DNA from: Thermoplasmata archaeon
Lineage (GTDB): Archaea > Thermoplasmatota > Thermoplasmata > GCA-020350865
DNA length: 64,000 nucleotides
Direction of reading: 5' to 3'
Assembly (NCBI GenBank): GCA_020348445.1
Contig: CP070751.1
Coordinates: forward strand, 2,412,927 to 2,476,926
The notes under the pieces are model-generated. The model had not been told where the DNA came from and did not search any database. It saw nothing but the letters and a program-made list of their open reading frames with translations. Shown one piece after another: positions 16,886 through 26,935 of this stretch. Both the position numbers and the translations under genes were made by a program. Each line of letters starts with the position of its first letter. The stretch's first letter is position 1.

Positions 16886-19120
16886 CTACAACGTTTCTTC
16901 AAATTCCTCTTCAATATCAGCCAGTTCGTCCTTTTCCTCTTCTGCCGTTGGTTCTTCGAATTCCTCTTCCAATTCTGCCAGTTCATCAGAAGGCGGTGGT
17001 TTCTCAGCTTCATAAGCTAAAGGACGGCCTTCCTGGGTTTGAGGTTCAGGGAAAGGACCGTAATCTCTTTTATCGGCAGGTAACTCCCGAAATCCCTCGC
17101 CCACTCCCGCTGCTCCAATACGGGATCCCCGTCGGGTTGCAAAAAAGAAAACCAGTATGAAAACGATGATGATCAAAAGCGGAACTACAAGATAAATCAA
17201 GGGAATTCCCGGATCTGAAGTCACCTCCGAGTCAAGTGGATCATAATCATCCTTGTCGCTCACCCCATCTCCGTCTGTATCAACCTTCAATGGATTCGTA
17301 TGTTTTTTCTCTTCCTCTAAATCTGAAAGACCATCCCCATCATCGTCTTTGTCAACATCGTTTTTAAGACCATCGTTATCAGTGTCCAGGAGATTTTTAT
17401 CCTCCCAGTCTAAAATCCCATCAGCATCGTCATCCCAGTCTAAGAAATTAGCAAGACCGTCGTCATCTGTGTCTAGAGGATATGGATCCACATCATCGGG
17501 TGTTCCATCAGCATCATCATCGGTATCTGCGTTGTCACCGATTCCATCAAAATCTGTGTCCCTCCACTCAGAGCAATTCAATGGGAAAGCATCTTCCTCA
17601 TTTGGTATTGTATCGTTATCCATATCAGGATCCATGGAATCAGGAATCAAGTCCAAATCATAATCATCTGGAACAGAGGTGTTGTCTAAAGGGTCGGTTC
17701 CAATAGTCAATTCGATTTCATTACTGTAGCCGTCATTGTCGTTATCAAGATCCATTGAATCGGGCAGAAAATCACCGTCATTGTCCACAGGTTTGGATTG
17801 AGGATTCAAGGGATCTGTACCTTCTGAAATCTCGATTGTATCAGAATAACCGTCGTTGTCATCATCTGGATCTGATAAATTTCCTACGCTGTCCCCATCA
17901 TGATCCCCGTCCACGAAAATGGTGATGGAGGCATTATTGTTTCTTTCCGATATCTCAGAAATGATCTCGGTTGTATCTACAAAAACAAAAATGGTATGCT
18001 CACCAATGTCTGTGGAAAAAGTTGCGCTTGTGATACCCTCTTGAAGCTCATAAATTGTTACAGATTTTGATTCAAAGACATTATCCTTTAGGTCCAAAGA
18101 GAAATTCACAAGGAACTCCTCTGCATCTGCATCACCAAGGTTTTTAATATTTGCTTTAACAGTTATCTGGTCTCCTGCCAGAGGAGGGATTTTATTTGAC
18201 TTCAACTGGATATTTACAGGAGAAATATATAGATCAGCAGTGGGACGGTGAAGAACCTCTAATGTCGTCTCATTGTAACCAAAAAGTGCGCCACTGCTGT
18301 TTTGGCCAGTTACACTAACATTTATAAAATAATTTCCTGGCTCCAGTGGCTCCTCATAATACGTGATAAATCCGATATCTTGATCAGGATCTTTCACCAT
18401 TGGGTCTCCTTCCCAATACACTGTCCCGTTTTCATAGAACGATCCCGAGCCCCAAGGTGCACCATAATTGTTGTAGCTTCCACTAGTCGTATTTGAGGAT
18501 ACCAAAATAAAGTACTCCTCGCCAGGAACAAGTTCTATGGGCTCTGAAAAAGTGAAGAGGTTCCACCCGTCTTCAACTTCATCGTATGTTAAGGTCGCAT
18601 TTCCCATGTCCCTTGAGGTTTCTGTAGAACCTCTGAGATGAACTGTAAGAGAAGAGGATGGGGATGGAAAGAATTTAACGATATAGATATCAAGGCTGTA
18701 GATTTTTGAGGCGTTGGGAACAAAGGTCTGCCCTACTCTGTTTCCAGATTTTATTGCATCTGTATACCCAAAGGGTACTATGACTTCTGGTTGGATCTGA
18801 TCTATGAACCTTCCCGTGGCTGCAATCTGCATCTTGTAATCGCCATTTGAGTCCGTCAGTGTCGTCCAGTTCATACGATTTCCCTTGATTTGTATGAAAA
18901 CTTCTGAATTGGCACAGGGTGTGGAATTGTCGTATGTGGCTGTTCCGTTCACCCACAGAGCATCACCTTGAAGGCACTGGGTTATTGACAGTTCTTCGCT
19001 TATATTTATTGCAGTTGCCTCTTGTGCGCACACTGTTTGAGCAAGAAAAAAAAGCATAATCGAGAGTAACAATGTAAAACTGCAAGTTATGGTTCCGAGT
19101 CTTTTTGACAATCCATTCAC
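16886..19120 (-). CDS. Membrane-anchored surface protein: Ig-like and CARDB domains, many TSP3-like Ca-binding repeats, TM helix, acidic tail
   Basis: Signal peptide; CARDB (VFVDTTEIISEISERNNNAS); DxDxDGxxD repeats; C-terminal TM followed by TRRGSR and an acidic tail. Confidence 0.85.
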   Translation of the reverse strand: MNGLSKRLGTITCSFTLLLSIMLFFLAQTVCAQEATAINISEELSITQCLQGDALWVNGTATYDNSTPCANSEVFIQIKGNRMNWTTLTDSNGDYKMQIAATGRFIDQIQPEVIVPFGYTDAIKSGNRVGQTFVPNASKIYSLDIYIVKFFPSPSSSLTVHLRGSTETSRDMGNATLTYDEVEDGWNLFTFSEPIELVPGEEYFILVSSNTTSGSYNNYGAPWGSGSFYENGTVYWEGDPMVKDPDQDIGFITYYEEPLEPGNYFINVSVTGQNSSGALFGYNETTLEVLHRPTADLYISPVNIQLKSNKIPPLAGDQITVKANIKNLGDADAEEFLVNFSLDLKDNVFESKSVTIYELQEGITSATFSTDIGEHTIFVFVDTTEIISEISERNNNASITIFVDGDHDGDSVGNLSDPDDDNDGYSDTIEISEGTDPLNPQSKPVDNDGDFLPDSMDLDNDNDGYSNEIELTIGTDPLDNTSVPDDYDLDLIPDSMDPDMDNDTIPNEEDAFPLNCSEWRDTDFDGIGDNADTDDDADGTPDDVDPYPLDTDDDGLANFLDWDDDADGILDWEDKNLLDTDNDGLKNDVDKDDDGDGLSDLEEEKKHTNPLKVDTDGDGVSDKDDYDPLDSEVTSDPGIPLIYLVVPLLIIIVFILVFFFATRRGSRIGAAGVGEGFRELPADKRDYGPFPEPQTQEGRPLAYEAEKPPPSDELAELEEEFEEPTAEEEKDELADIEEEFEETL

Positions 19121-19302
19121 GCCCGACTCTTATATGTGATATTATAATAAATAGTTTTTCGAAACTCATTTACTGGTACTATTTATACTTACCCCCTCGA
19201 AATAATTAATTTACCAAAACTTTTTAAATACCAAGAATATTACCGTTCCATCGTGCTGGGTTTAAAAATGACATATCCAAATCCAGATAGGAGGTGAAAT
19301 AC

Positions 19303-20997
19303 ATGATAAAAAAGTCAGGCTTTATTTTATGGATGTGTGTCTTTGGTCTATTTCTGAGCGCTTTTTCCATGAATGCAACAGCTCCAATCACTGGCACACC
19401 CCCTCCTTTGACTGGGGATTGGGTGATAAACGATGATACTGTGGTAACCGATGAAAATGTCGTCTGTGAAGGCTCGATAATCATTAATTCCGGGGGGAAC
19501 CTAACATTGGACGGCTCGACTGTCAAACTGAACTGTGCTACCGACGGCCAATACGGCATCGATGTAAAAAGCGGTGGTGAAATGCATATCAAGGGGGGTT
19601 CAACCATCGACAAGCACAGTGTCGGCAACTATTATTTCATAGTTAATGATGGTGCAAGTCTTGAGATGAAAGATAGCACCTTAAAATACTGCGGATATGA
19701 AAATGAAAATAATATCAGGCACACAGGTCTTTATATAGATGGCGATGGGCTAATTGAACATTGTACAATAGATGTCTGCTGTCAGGGTGTGATTGCAGAA
19801 AACTGCACAATTACCATCAAAGACAGCACCATAACAAGAAGCCTCTGGCATAATATTGTTGGACGAAACGTTGACATGACTCTTGATAACAATACAATTT
19901 CATGGGCAGAAAAAATGGGAGTCTGGGTTGGGATCAATTCTGACCTGACTATAAAAGATTGCCATGTTCACAATAGTACCAGATCCGGTATATGGGTTGA
20001 TCAGGATTCTGAAGTTGAATGTTATAAAACCAAGATAGCATGGAACGGCAACGAGTCCCGTACCCACTGGGACACCTCAGGACACGGTTTTGCGGGATTT
20101 GATAGCGATGTCTATTTCCACAATAATACAGTAAGCAACAATTGGGGGCACAATTTCGAGACCACGAGATGCTCTGCCATGTTTAACGATAATCACTTTG
20201 ATCAATCAATTAAGAAATGTAATGTGGAGTTCTTCGACCATTCAGTCGTTACAGCAAAGAGAAATTATATAGATGGTGCGGGGCACAATTGCTTCTGGGT
20301 CAGAGACGGTGTCACTGCAACAATAGAAGAATGTACAATGAAAAACAGTCCGCATAACGGGATATGGGCAGGCAACCAATCAACAATGATTATTAAGAAT
20401 AATATCATAGAAAACTGCGCTGAAAGCGGTATTTACAGCTACAATTCAACTCTCGAAATAACAAACAACGAGATTAAGAATTGTAAATGGTGGGGTATTC
20501 ATACTGAGGGCTGCACAGTAACCCAAAGTGGAAATACATACACATCAGTTACCAAAGGACAGGTTCACGAGGCTTACTTTATTACCCTAAAGGCCGTGGA
20601 TGAGGATGGAAAACCCATACAAGGGGCAACTATTACTGTAAAGGATTCTGCAGGTACCCAAATCTGGACAGGGACCACGGATACCAACGGTGAAACTCAG
20701 CACATGATATTAAGCGCTCAAAAGACAGATACGGGTGGAGCTTCCACTACATATACATACACTGTAGAGGCAAAAAAAGGTGATATGTCCAGCACAACCG
20801 AGATCACACCAACCAAAACCGATTCAGTCAGTTTAACCCTTAAAAGTGAGGAAGAAGAAGATAATTTGATGATGATAGTGGCGATCATCATAGTGGTCAT
20901 TCTGGTTGTGATTGTTTTAGTCGCAATTATGGCAAAGAAAAAAGGTAAGAAAGAAGTCCCACCAAAACAAGATACTCCCCCTGACGAAAATATTTAA
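19303..20997 (+). CDS. Right-handed parallel beta-helix (pectin-lyase/NosD-like fold) surface protein with C-terminal TM
   Basis: GGAGGTG RBS precedes ATG 19303; I.NN.I...GI repeats; prealbumin-like domain (VDEDGKPIQGATITV); TM followed by KKKGKK. Confidence 0.8.
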   Translation: MIKKSGFILWMCVFGLFLSAFSMNATAPITGTPPPLTGDWVINDDTVVTDENVVCEGSIIINSGGNLTLDGSTVKLNCATDGQYGIDVKSGGEMHIKGGSTIDKHSVGNYYFIVNDGASLEMKDSTLKYCGYENENNIRHTGLYIDGDGLIEHCTIDVCCQGVIAENCTITIKDSTITRSLWHNIVGRNVDMTLDNNTISWAEKMGVWVGINSDLTIKDCHVHNSTRSGIWVDQDSEVECYKTKIAWNGNESRTHWDTSGHGFAGFDSDVYFHNNTVSNNWGHNFETTRCSAMFNDNHFDQSIKKCNVEFFDHSVVTAKRNYIDGAGHNCFWVRDGVTATIEECTMKNSPHNGIWAGNQSTMIIKNNIIENCAESGIYSYNSTLEITNNEIKNCKWWGIHTEGCTVTQSGNTYTSVTKGQVHEAYFITLKAVDEDGKPIQGATITVKDSAGTQIWTGTTDTNGETQHMILSAQKTDTGGASTTYTYTVEAKKGDMSSTTEITPTKTDSVSLTLKSEEEEDNLMMIVAIIIVVILVVIVLVAIMAKKKGKKEVPPKQDTPPDENI

Positions 20998-21056
20998 GTA
21001 ACCAGTGACATATAAATATTAAAATTGCTATAGGGGAGTACTAAAGAGGACCAACA

Positions 21057-22136
21057 ATGAGATTGAGGAATCTATGGATCTGCACTGTGATACTACTTAT
21101 GACTATTGCCTTCTTTCCTTCTTCCCAAGCAGCACCAAAGGCAGTGGTCTACGAGATGGAGGTCTCAGCATTACCTGCTATTCAGGGAAAGGATCTTCCC
21201 ATCGAATTAAAATGTGAGGTCGGTTTTGGTGGTGCATGTTGCTATAGTGTGTATGCCCACGATGTAGAGGCGGAAATCATTCTTCCTGATAATATCACCT
21301 TGATCGCGGGAAAGCAAATCCAGACCGTGACCTCGTCGGGGCAATCTTCTGGGACCGTAGCTGTTGATCCTGGTGGCGGATTGACCCGGCTTTCTCAAAC
21401 TTGGATTATAAAAGGCGAAGAATACGGTGAATATACTGTATCTGTTCATATCACAGGGGAAAATGAACTTGGCGAAATAATTGATGAGACCCAGACCGCG
21501 AACATCACAATCGCTTCGGGTGCCTCTATTTCCAGTCCAGTTCTACCAAGAAGCCCTTCTGTAAATAAGGATATCATAATAATTGCAGAGGTCTTTAGCA
21601 CCGATAGTGCTGTTGCGAGTGTCACACTCTTTTACTCGAAGAATCAGAAGAATTGGGTCTCAGTTCCCATGGAGAATATAGAAGGTGAAACATGGATGGG
21701 TGAAATTCCGGGCCAAAAAAAGGAAGGCGAGGTTTATTACTACATGGAATCCCTGGATGGTGAGGGTGAAACTTTCACCACTGAGATATATTCTGTAGAG
21801 GTAAAGGACTTCGATAATATAGGAACAATAAAGGTTCTCGTCACCTACGGAACACTGACTGCTTTCATTCTTGGGATCGTATTGATTTTATATGCAGAAA
21901 AAAGGAGAAAGAAATCTACCAGCAGCACTGGATTGACGATTTTGGGTGCATCTCTCAGATTATCTGCCCTTCGAGGCCTGGATGAAATCGAAGATGATCA
22001 GAATAGGTTGAGAAAAATCAGGAAATGGGCTGCACTGATTATTATAATTATAGTCATAATATTGCTTGTTTTAGCAGTAGCTACCGGCCAACTTCAGGAG
22101 GTTGTAGACCACACAACCAATCCAACAGAGGCATGA
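21057..22136 (+). CDS. Exported membrane protein with Cys-x7-Cys-Cys motif, Ig-like domain and two C-terminal TM helices
   Basis: Signal peptide (SSQA|A), KCEVGFGGACCY, V.LFYS...W..VPM...GEIP...VYYY Ig-like domain also present in the 23559 protein. Confidence 0.75.
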   Translation: MRLRNLWICTVILLMTIAFFPSSQAAPKAVVYEMEVSALPAIQGKDLPIELKCEVGFGGACCYSVYAHDVEAEIILPDNITLIAGKQIQTVTSSGQSSGTVAVDPGGGLTRLSQTWIIKGEEYGEYTVSVHITGENELGEIIDETQTANITIASGASISSPVLPRSPSVNKDIIIIAEVFSTDSAVASVTLFYSKNQKNWVSVPMENIEGETWMGEIPGQKKEGEVYYYMESLDGEGETFTTEIYSVEVKDFDNIGTIKVLVTYGTLTAFILGIVLILYAEKRRKKSTSSTGLTILGASLRLSALRGLDEIEDDQNRLRKIRKWAALIIIIIVIILLVLAVATGQLQEVVDHTTNPTEA

Positions 22137-22155
22137 AATTCTGGAGAGCATAGAA

Positions 22156-23580
22156 ATGGAAAACAGCGCTAAAAAGGAAGCTGAGCCGAAAGAGATCCAA
22201 GAAGATGAAAGCGAGAAAGCAAAGGCGCCAGCTGCCATAACCTCATTGGGGCTATTGCTCTTGGTCACGGGGATAGTATGGTTGGTAGGATCATTAATAG
22301 CTATTTACGGTCTTGTAACTGGTTCTGATGAGGTAATTGCCATCTTCAAAGATGATGTGTATATGGTTGCGTTGTACGGATTTACCGGTTTTTTCGCCCT
22401 CGCATTGATGAGCGTTTTTGCAGGGATATTTCTTTTTAAACTGAGAAATGATGCCTTGTCCATGGCAATTGGCGCATCTCTCATGGGTATAGGAATAGGC
22501 CTTGTAGCCCTCACATTGAGTGATCTTCTGCTCGTGGGCATAATAAGTGTGGTGGCATATACGATTTTGATTTTTTTTCTATTTTTGGCTCCAGTTATGA
22601 GGAGGAGTTTCTCAACTATTCACTTAAGGCATTTTCGAACAGCTGCCCAGTTCAGTTTGCTATTTATTATCAACGCAACCATAATCGGATCCTTGATAGT
22701 GGCTCCTTTTCTACCCATACTGCGTTTTCGGCATATGGCGGGGGGTAGATTCGGTGTTCCCCTATGCTCTATAGGTTCTTTGGCAAGATGTTTGAGCGGC
22801 AATTGGTGGGGTCTTTTCATTCCGATTGCGGTGGTGGGTGTTTTAATACTCATAGGAATTCTAATAGGTAGAGCTATGTGCGGATGGGTCTGTCCCATCG
22901 GCTTTCTTCAGGATATGGTTACCAAAGCCAGAGTAAAACTGCATTTGAGTCCAAAGGAGCCATCGCAGAAAAACCATGAAAGACTGACTGTAGCCAAATA
23001 TGCGATTCTATTTCTATTATTACTGGTGGCGCTGAGCATCGGAATCTCAGCAATAGGCCATACCGAGGCAGGGGATCTCTACAGATCACAGTACTCTGAG
23101 CTACCTTTGATAGAGTCAGGAGCGACACCCTGCGAAGCATGCCCAGCACCCATAATAGGATACTTTTTCCCTGATGACTTCTTAGTTCACAGCCTTGATG
23201 GTTCCTTCGTGATGACCACAGAAGCGGGATTGAGATTGTTCGTTTTGGGTGTCTTTATCGCAGGTGCTATCTTTATGGGGAGGTTCTTTTGCAGGTACCT
23301 TTGCCCATCAGGAGCCATGATATCCTTTTTCAACAAAGGGAGCATGCTTTCCCTTTACAAGGACCAGGGCAAGTGCACAAAATGCAACTACTGCGTCACA
23401 GCCTGCCCAATGAGGATACAGGATCTTAAGGACGAGGATGTCGATTATGAGATCAGGGACAGGGAATGCATATACTGCCTCGATTGTATAGATGCGTGTC
23501 CTGAGAAGGCATTGATATTGAAATTCCAAAACAAGGAGATTTACAAGGGAGGAAAGGAATGGTGGGAAAAAGTTTCATAG
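22156..23580 (+). CDS. NapH/MauN/RdxA-type membrane 4Fe-4S binding protein, copy A (extra N-terminal TMs)
   Basis: PLCSIG, GRAMCGWVCPIGFLQD, PCEACP, RFFCRYLCPSG, CTKCNYCVTACP, CIYCLDCIDACP. Confidence 0.9.
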   Translation: MENSAKKEAEPKEIQEDESEKAKAPAAITSLGLLLLVTGIVWLVGSLIAIYGLVTGSDEVIAIFKDDVYMVALYGFTGFFALALMSVFAGIFLFKLRNDALSMAIGASLMGIGIGLVALTLSDLLLVGIISVVAYTILIFFLFLAPVMRRSFSTIHLRHFRTAAQFSLLFIINATIIGSLIVAPFLPILRFRHMAGGRFGVPLCSIGSLARCLSGNWWGLFIPIAVVGVLILIGILIGRAMCGWVCPIGFLQDMVTKARVKLHLSPKEPSQKNHERLTVAKYAILFLLLLVALSIGISAIGHTEAGDLYRSQYSELPLIESGATPCEACPAPIIGYFFPDDFLVHSLDGSFVMTTEAGLRLFVLGVFIAGAIFMGRFFCRYLCPSGAMISFFNKGSMLSLYKDQGKCTKCNYCVTACPMRIQDLKDEDVDYEIRDRECIYCLDCIDACPEKALILKFQNKEIYKGGKEWWEKVS

Positions 23581-25493
23581 GCACGATTCTCGCGATATTT
23601 ATTGTTCTTTCTTTTCTGCCCGTTAATATTGGTGTAACTGCTACCAGGGGGTGGGTGTACACATTGGAAACAAATAACCTGCCTCAAAGGGATCCGAACG
23701 GGAATTTCACGGTACGCAACTATGATGAGTGGCATATAATCGGCGAAAAAGCGTATTTAGTCGGAAACATAACTTTGGAGGACAATACAAAACTCATAAT
23801 AAAGGATTCGAACATTACGATTAGCGGAACCTTGTGGGCTAAGGATTATTCAAGTGTTCTCATTGAATCATCGATTGTGTGGTTTGAGATTCCGCCCTCC
23901 GACCCTGTTTTAGTGGATAAGCAGTACGACGGTCCTTATGGATTCGTGATGACAGATGAAGAAACATCGATTACCATTGAGCGTTCATCAGTCTATCTTC
24001 ATAGGGCCGATTTCTTCTGGGAATCTGTTCCGAATTATACAAAACCAGGGGAGGTAATGGTGGTCTTTGGTAAATGTTCTTTTATTGATTCCTATTTAAA
24101 TACAAATGGAACCGAAGATGGGCTTCCCTACCCCCCAAGAGGCTTCGTCGTGCACATGGACTGTGAATTCAAGATAATCAATTCGATCCTCACCTCTGGT
24201 GTCAAGGCTTATGTAAATGCCCATGGCATAATCGAGAGTACGAATTTCAAAAGCCTCTCTTTGGAGAAGAACACCGCATACAGTGAAATAATTGTTTCAA
24301 ACTCTACAATAACCACTACAGCTACAATCGATATGGCGTCGACCGTACTTCTAAAGAATTGCGAGATAGAAAAAGGTATGATAGTTAAAAATAGAGGTGT
24401 AGCAAAACTTCAGAATACTACAATATATACCCTGAAGATGTTTGGAAACGGAACCCTTATTATGGATCAATCGGACTTCCCAGTCGAGTTACCTGAGTCA
24501 TATGAGTTGAATCATATATTTGAGAATTCTAATTTGACGCTTTTAAATGATTCCTATATGCAGAAAGTATATGCTTTTGGAAATAGCACGATATCATCCA
24601 TCAATTCATCCATAAATTCCACACAACTTTATGACGGAACCTTTGTCAGGCTAAAAGACTCATCAATTGATAATCTGTCTGCTGAGGATAACTCCACAAT
24701 TTGGCTTCAGAACTCTGACATTGGAACATATTATATTTACGATAATGCGAGCATTTACAATGTTACAAACCTCGTTGTTAGCATTAAATTAAATCAACAA
24801 CCACATCAAGGGCCTATCAAGTTAAAAGATTCCACGGGAAATATCCTGTTTTCATCAGAGACAGACGAGAAGGGCACAGCTGATATCACACTTAAAAGAA
24901 ATATGATTTCAATCAACCAAACCTCCATGGAGATTATGTATTTATCACTTGTTACATACTGCATCGTAGAGGCAGACTTTGAAAATCTTCATGATGAGGT
25001 GGGGATGGATATTGATGAGGCTTTCATGGAAGTGGAACTGAGTTTCGATGATTATACCGCCCCTATAATTGACAAGGTCCATTTTGAAACAGATCCATTC
25101 ATCAGAACACAGGAAAAGGTCCTTGTATCGGCCCATGTAGAGGATGAAGATACCAATATTGCTAATGTAGTATTAAAATACAGTACAGATGATGGTAAAA
25201 CTTGGAAAAACCTAACACTGTACAATATCGGCCAAGATATATATGAAAACTCTATCCCGAGCCAGGGGGAGGGTACAAAGGTGATATTCTATATTGTGGC
25301 CGAAGATAATTGCGGAAATATCGAAGAAAGCCCTCATTATTCATATATTGTTGGCGAGGGCGTGGTTCATATCAATAACTTAATCATAATCTCGGCTTTC
25401 ATTGTCCTACTAGGAATAATCATTGTGTTTACAGCAAAGGTAGTATTAAATAAAATAAGGATAAAAAAATATCTTCGTAGTGCTGAGAAATAA
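23559..25493 (+). CDS. Exported beta-helix-like repeat protein with Ig-like domain and C-terminal TM
   Basis: Signal peptide; I.[DN]S.I repeats; Ig-like domain ending FYIVAEDNCGN; TM followed by KIRIKK. Confidence 0.75.
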   Translation: MVGKSFIGTILAIFIVLSFLPVNIGVTATRGWVYTLETNNLPQRDPNGNFTVRNYDEWHIIGEKAYLVGNITLEDNTKLIIKDSNITISGTLWAKDYSSVLIESSIVWFEIPPSDPVLVDKQYDGPYGFVMTDEETSITIERSSVYLHRADFFWESVPNYTKPGEVMVVFGKCSFIDSYLNTNGTEDGLPYPPRGFVVHMDCEFKIINSILTSGVKAYVNAHGIIESTNFKSLSLEKNTAYSEIIVSNSTITTTATIDMASTVLLKNCEIEKGMIVKNRGVAKLQNTTIYTLKMFGNGTLIMDQSDFPVELPESYELNHIFENSNLTLLNDSYMQKVYAFGNSTISSINSSINSTQLYDGTFVRLKDSSIDNLSAEDNSTIWLQNSDIGTYYIYDNASIYNVTNLVVSIKLNQQPHQGPIKLKDSTGNILFSSETDEKGTADITLKRNMISINQTSMEIMYLSLVTYCIVEADFENLHDEVGMDIDEAFMEVELSFDDYTAPIIDKVHFETDPFIRTQEKVLVSAHVEDEDTNIANVVLKYSTDDGKTWKNLTLYNIGQDIYENSIPSQGEGTKVIFYIVAEDNCGNIEESPHYSYIVGEGVVHINNLIIISAFIVLLGIIIVFTAKVVLNKIRIKKYLRSAEK

Positions 25494-25525
25494 TCCAAAA
25501 CAACATTAATACAGGAGTGTGCGAA

Positions 25526-26788
25526 ATGGCAACAGCAGATACCAAGAAAAAAGTGGACCCAAGCTTGGTCAGTCAAATGGCTCAAAAGGTGAATGAGATA
25601 GCAGATTCCAACGAGACTGTGAAGGGCATGGAGTATTTTTATGATTTCACAAAGATGATATACACATCCCGCGCCGATGAGATCACCAAGGAAAAGGAGG
25701 AAGGGAAGAAGGTAATAGGAAGCTTCTGCAACTTCGTCCCTGATGAACTCGTATTTGCAGCAGGTGCCATTCCAATTCGCCACTGCGCTGGTTTTCAGGA
25801 CACGATTTTGCCTGCAGAAGAGATATTGCCAAGAAACTTCTGTCCTCTCATAAAATCAGCTTTAGGTTTTTTCATTATGGGAGACCCGCTATACGAGCAG
25901 GCCGATGTTGTCGTGGTGCCCACAACCTGCGACGGCAAGAAGAAGTTTTGCGAGATCATAGGCGAGGAAAAATCCACCTGGGTTATGGAGGTCCCCCACA
26001 CCACGGAGACCTCCCAGGCAAGGGAACTTTGGCTCAAGGAGATCAAACTTCTTAAAAAGAATCTTGAGAAGTTGACAGGCAACAGGATCACAAGCAAATC
26101 CCTGAGAAAGGCAATAGAACTTACAAACAAAAAACGCAGCCTTATAAGAAGGCTATATGAGGTCAGAAAAAAGGATTCACCCCCGATATGGGGAAGGGAT
26201 GCGCTCCTTGTAACGAGCATCTCGCATTTTGACAACCTGAACAGATGGATAGAAAAGACAGAGGAGCTTTGCAGTGAATTGGAAGCAAAAGAAACTGGCG
26301 TATGCCCCGAAACTGCCCCAAGAATCATGCTCACAGGAAGTCCTGTCTTCATGCCAACTTGGAAGGTACCCATGTTAATCGAGGACTCAGGGGGAATCAT
26401 AGTGACCGACGACATATGTACAGGCTCAAAGGGTTTTTGGGACCCAATCGAAGTGCCTCATTGGACAATGGAGGATATGCTTCTCTCCATTGCAGACAGG
26501 TACCTCATGAACACGTGCGCGTGCTTCACACCCAATACAGCGAGGCTCATCAGATTGCAGGGATTTGTCGAGGATTTCAATGTTCAGGGTGTGTTCTATC
26601 ACATCCTTCAGGCATGCCACATTTACGGCGTGGAGGCAAGGAGAATCGAAAGCGCTCTGAAAGCTGATGGTATACCAATGCTCACAATCGAGACAGATTA
26701 CAGTCAAGAGGATGTTGAGCAGATAAGAACAAGGGTTGAGGCATTTTTAGAGATGATCTCTGCGAGGAGGAAGGGACAGACAGTCTAA
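25526..26788 (+). CDS. Double-cubane-cluster-type anaerobic reductase (HGD-D / 2-hydroxyacyl-CoA dehydratase family), copy A
   Basis: AGGAG RBS; FCNFVP, LPRNFCPLIKS, TTCDGKKK, PRIMLTGSP, DDICTG, CACFTPN, QACH, ETDYSQEDVEQIRTRVEAFLE; three Cys motifs in each half of one chain. Confidence 0.88.
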   Translation: MATADTKKKVDPSLVSQMAQKVNEIADSNETVKGMEYFYDFTKMIYTSRADEITKEKEEGKKVIGSFCNFVPDELVFAAGAIPIRHCAGFQDTILPAEEILPRNFCPLIKSALGFFIMGDPLYEQADVVVVPTTCDGKKKFCEIIGEEKSTWVMEVPHTTETSQARELWLKEIKLLKKNLEKLTGNRITSKSLRKAIELTNKKRSLIRRLYEVRKKDSPPIWGRDALLVTSISHFDNLNRWIEKTEELCSELEAKETGVCPETAPRIMLTGSPVFMPTWKVPMLIEDSGGIIVTDDICTGSKGFWDPIEVPHWTMEDMLLSIADRYLMNTCACFTPNTARLIRLQGFVEDFNVQGVFYHILQACHIYGVEARRIESALKADGIPMLTIETDYSQEDVEQIRTRVEAFLEMISARRKGQTV

Positions 26789-26935
26789 TCCATTTAAACA
26801 ATGGGCTCAAAGAGTGAAAAGTCCAGGTTTCTAGGCTATTTCTATGGTTTAAATAGAATATACCAAAACGTTTATGACTATTTACGACAATGTATAGTTA
26901 ATCCCACTTAATAAAATGGGCAAGGAAGTGGTAAA

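Noticed and set aside
18555-18569. GWNLF in the 16886 protein as an eighth GWNL domain
   Set aside because: It is internal and isolated, and lacks the S.P, PW.H and GYWIH elements.
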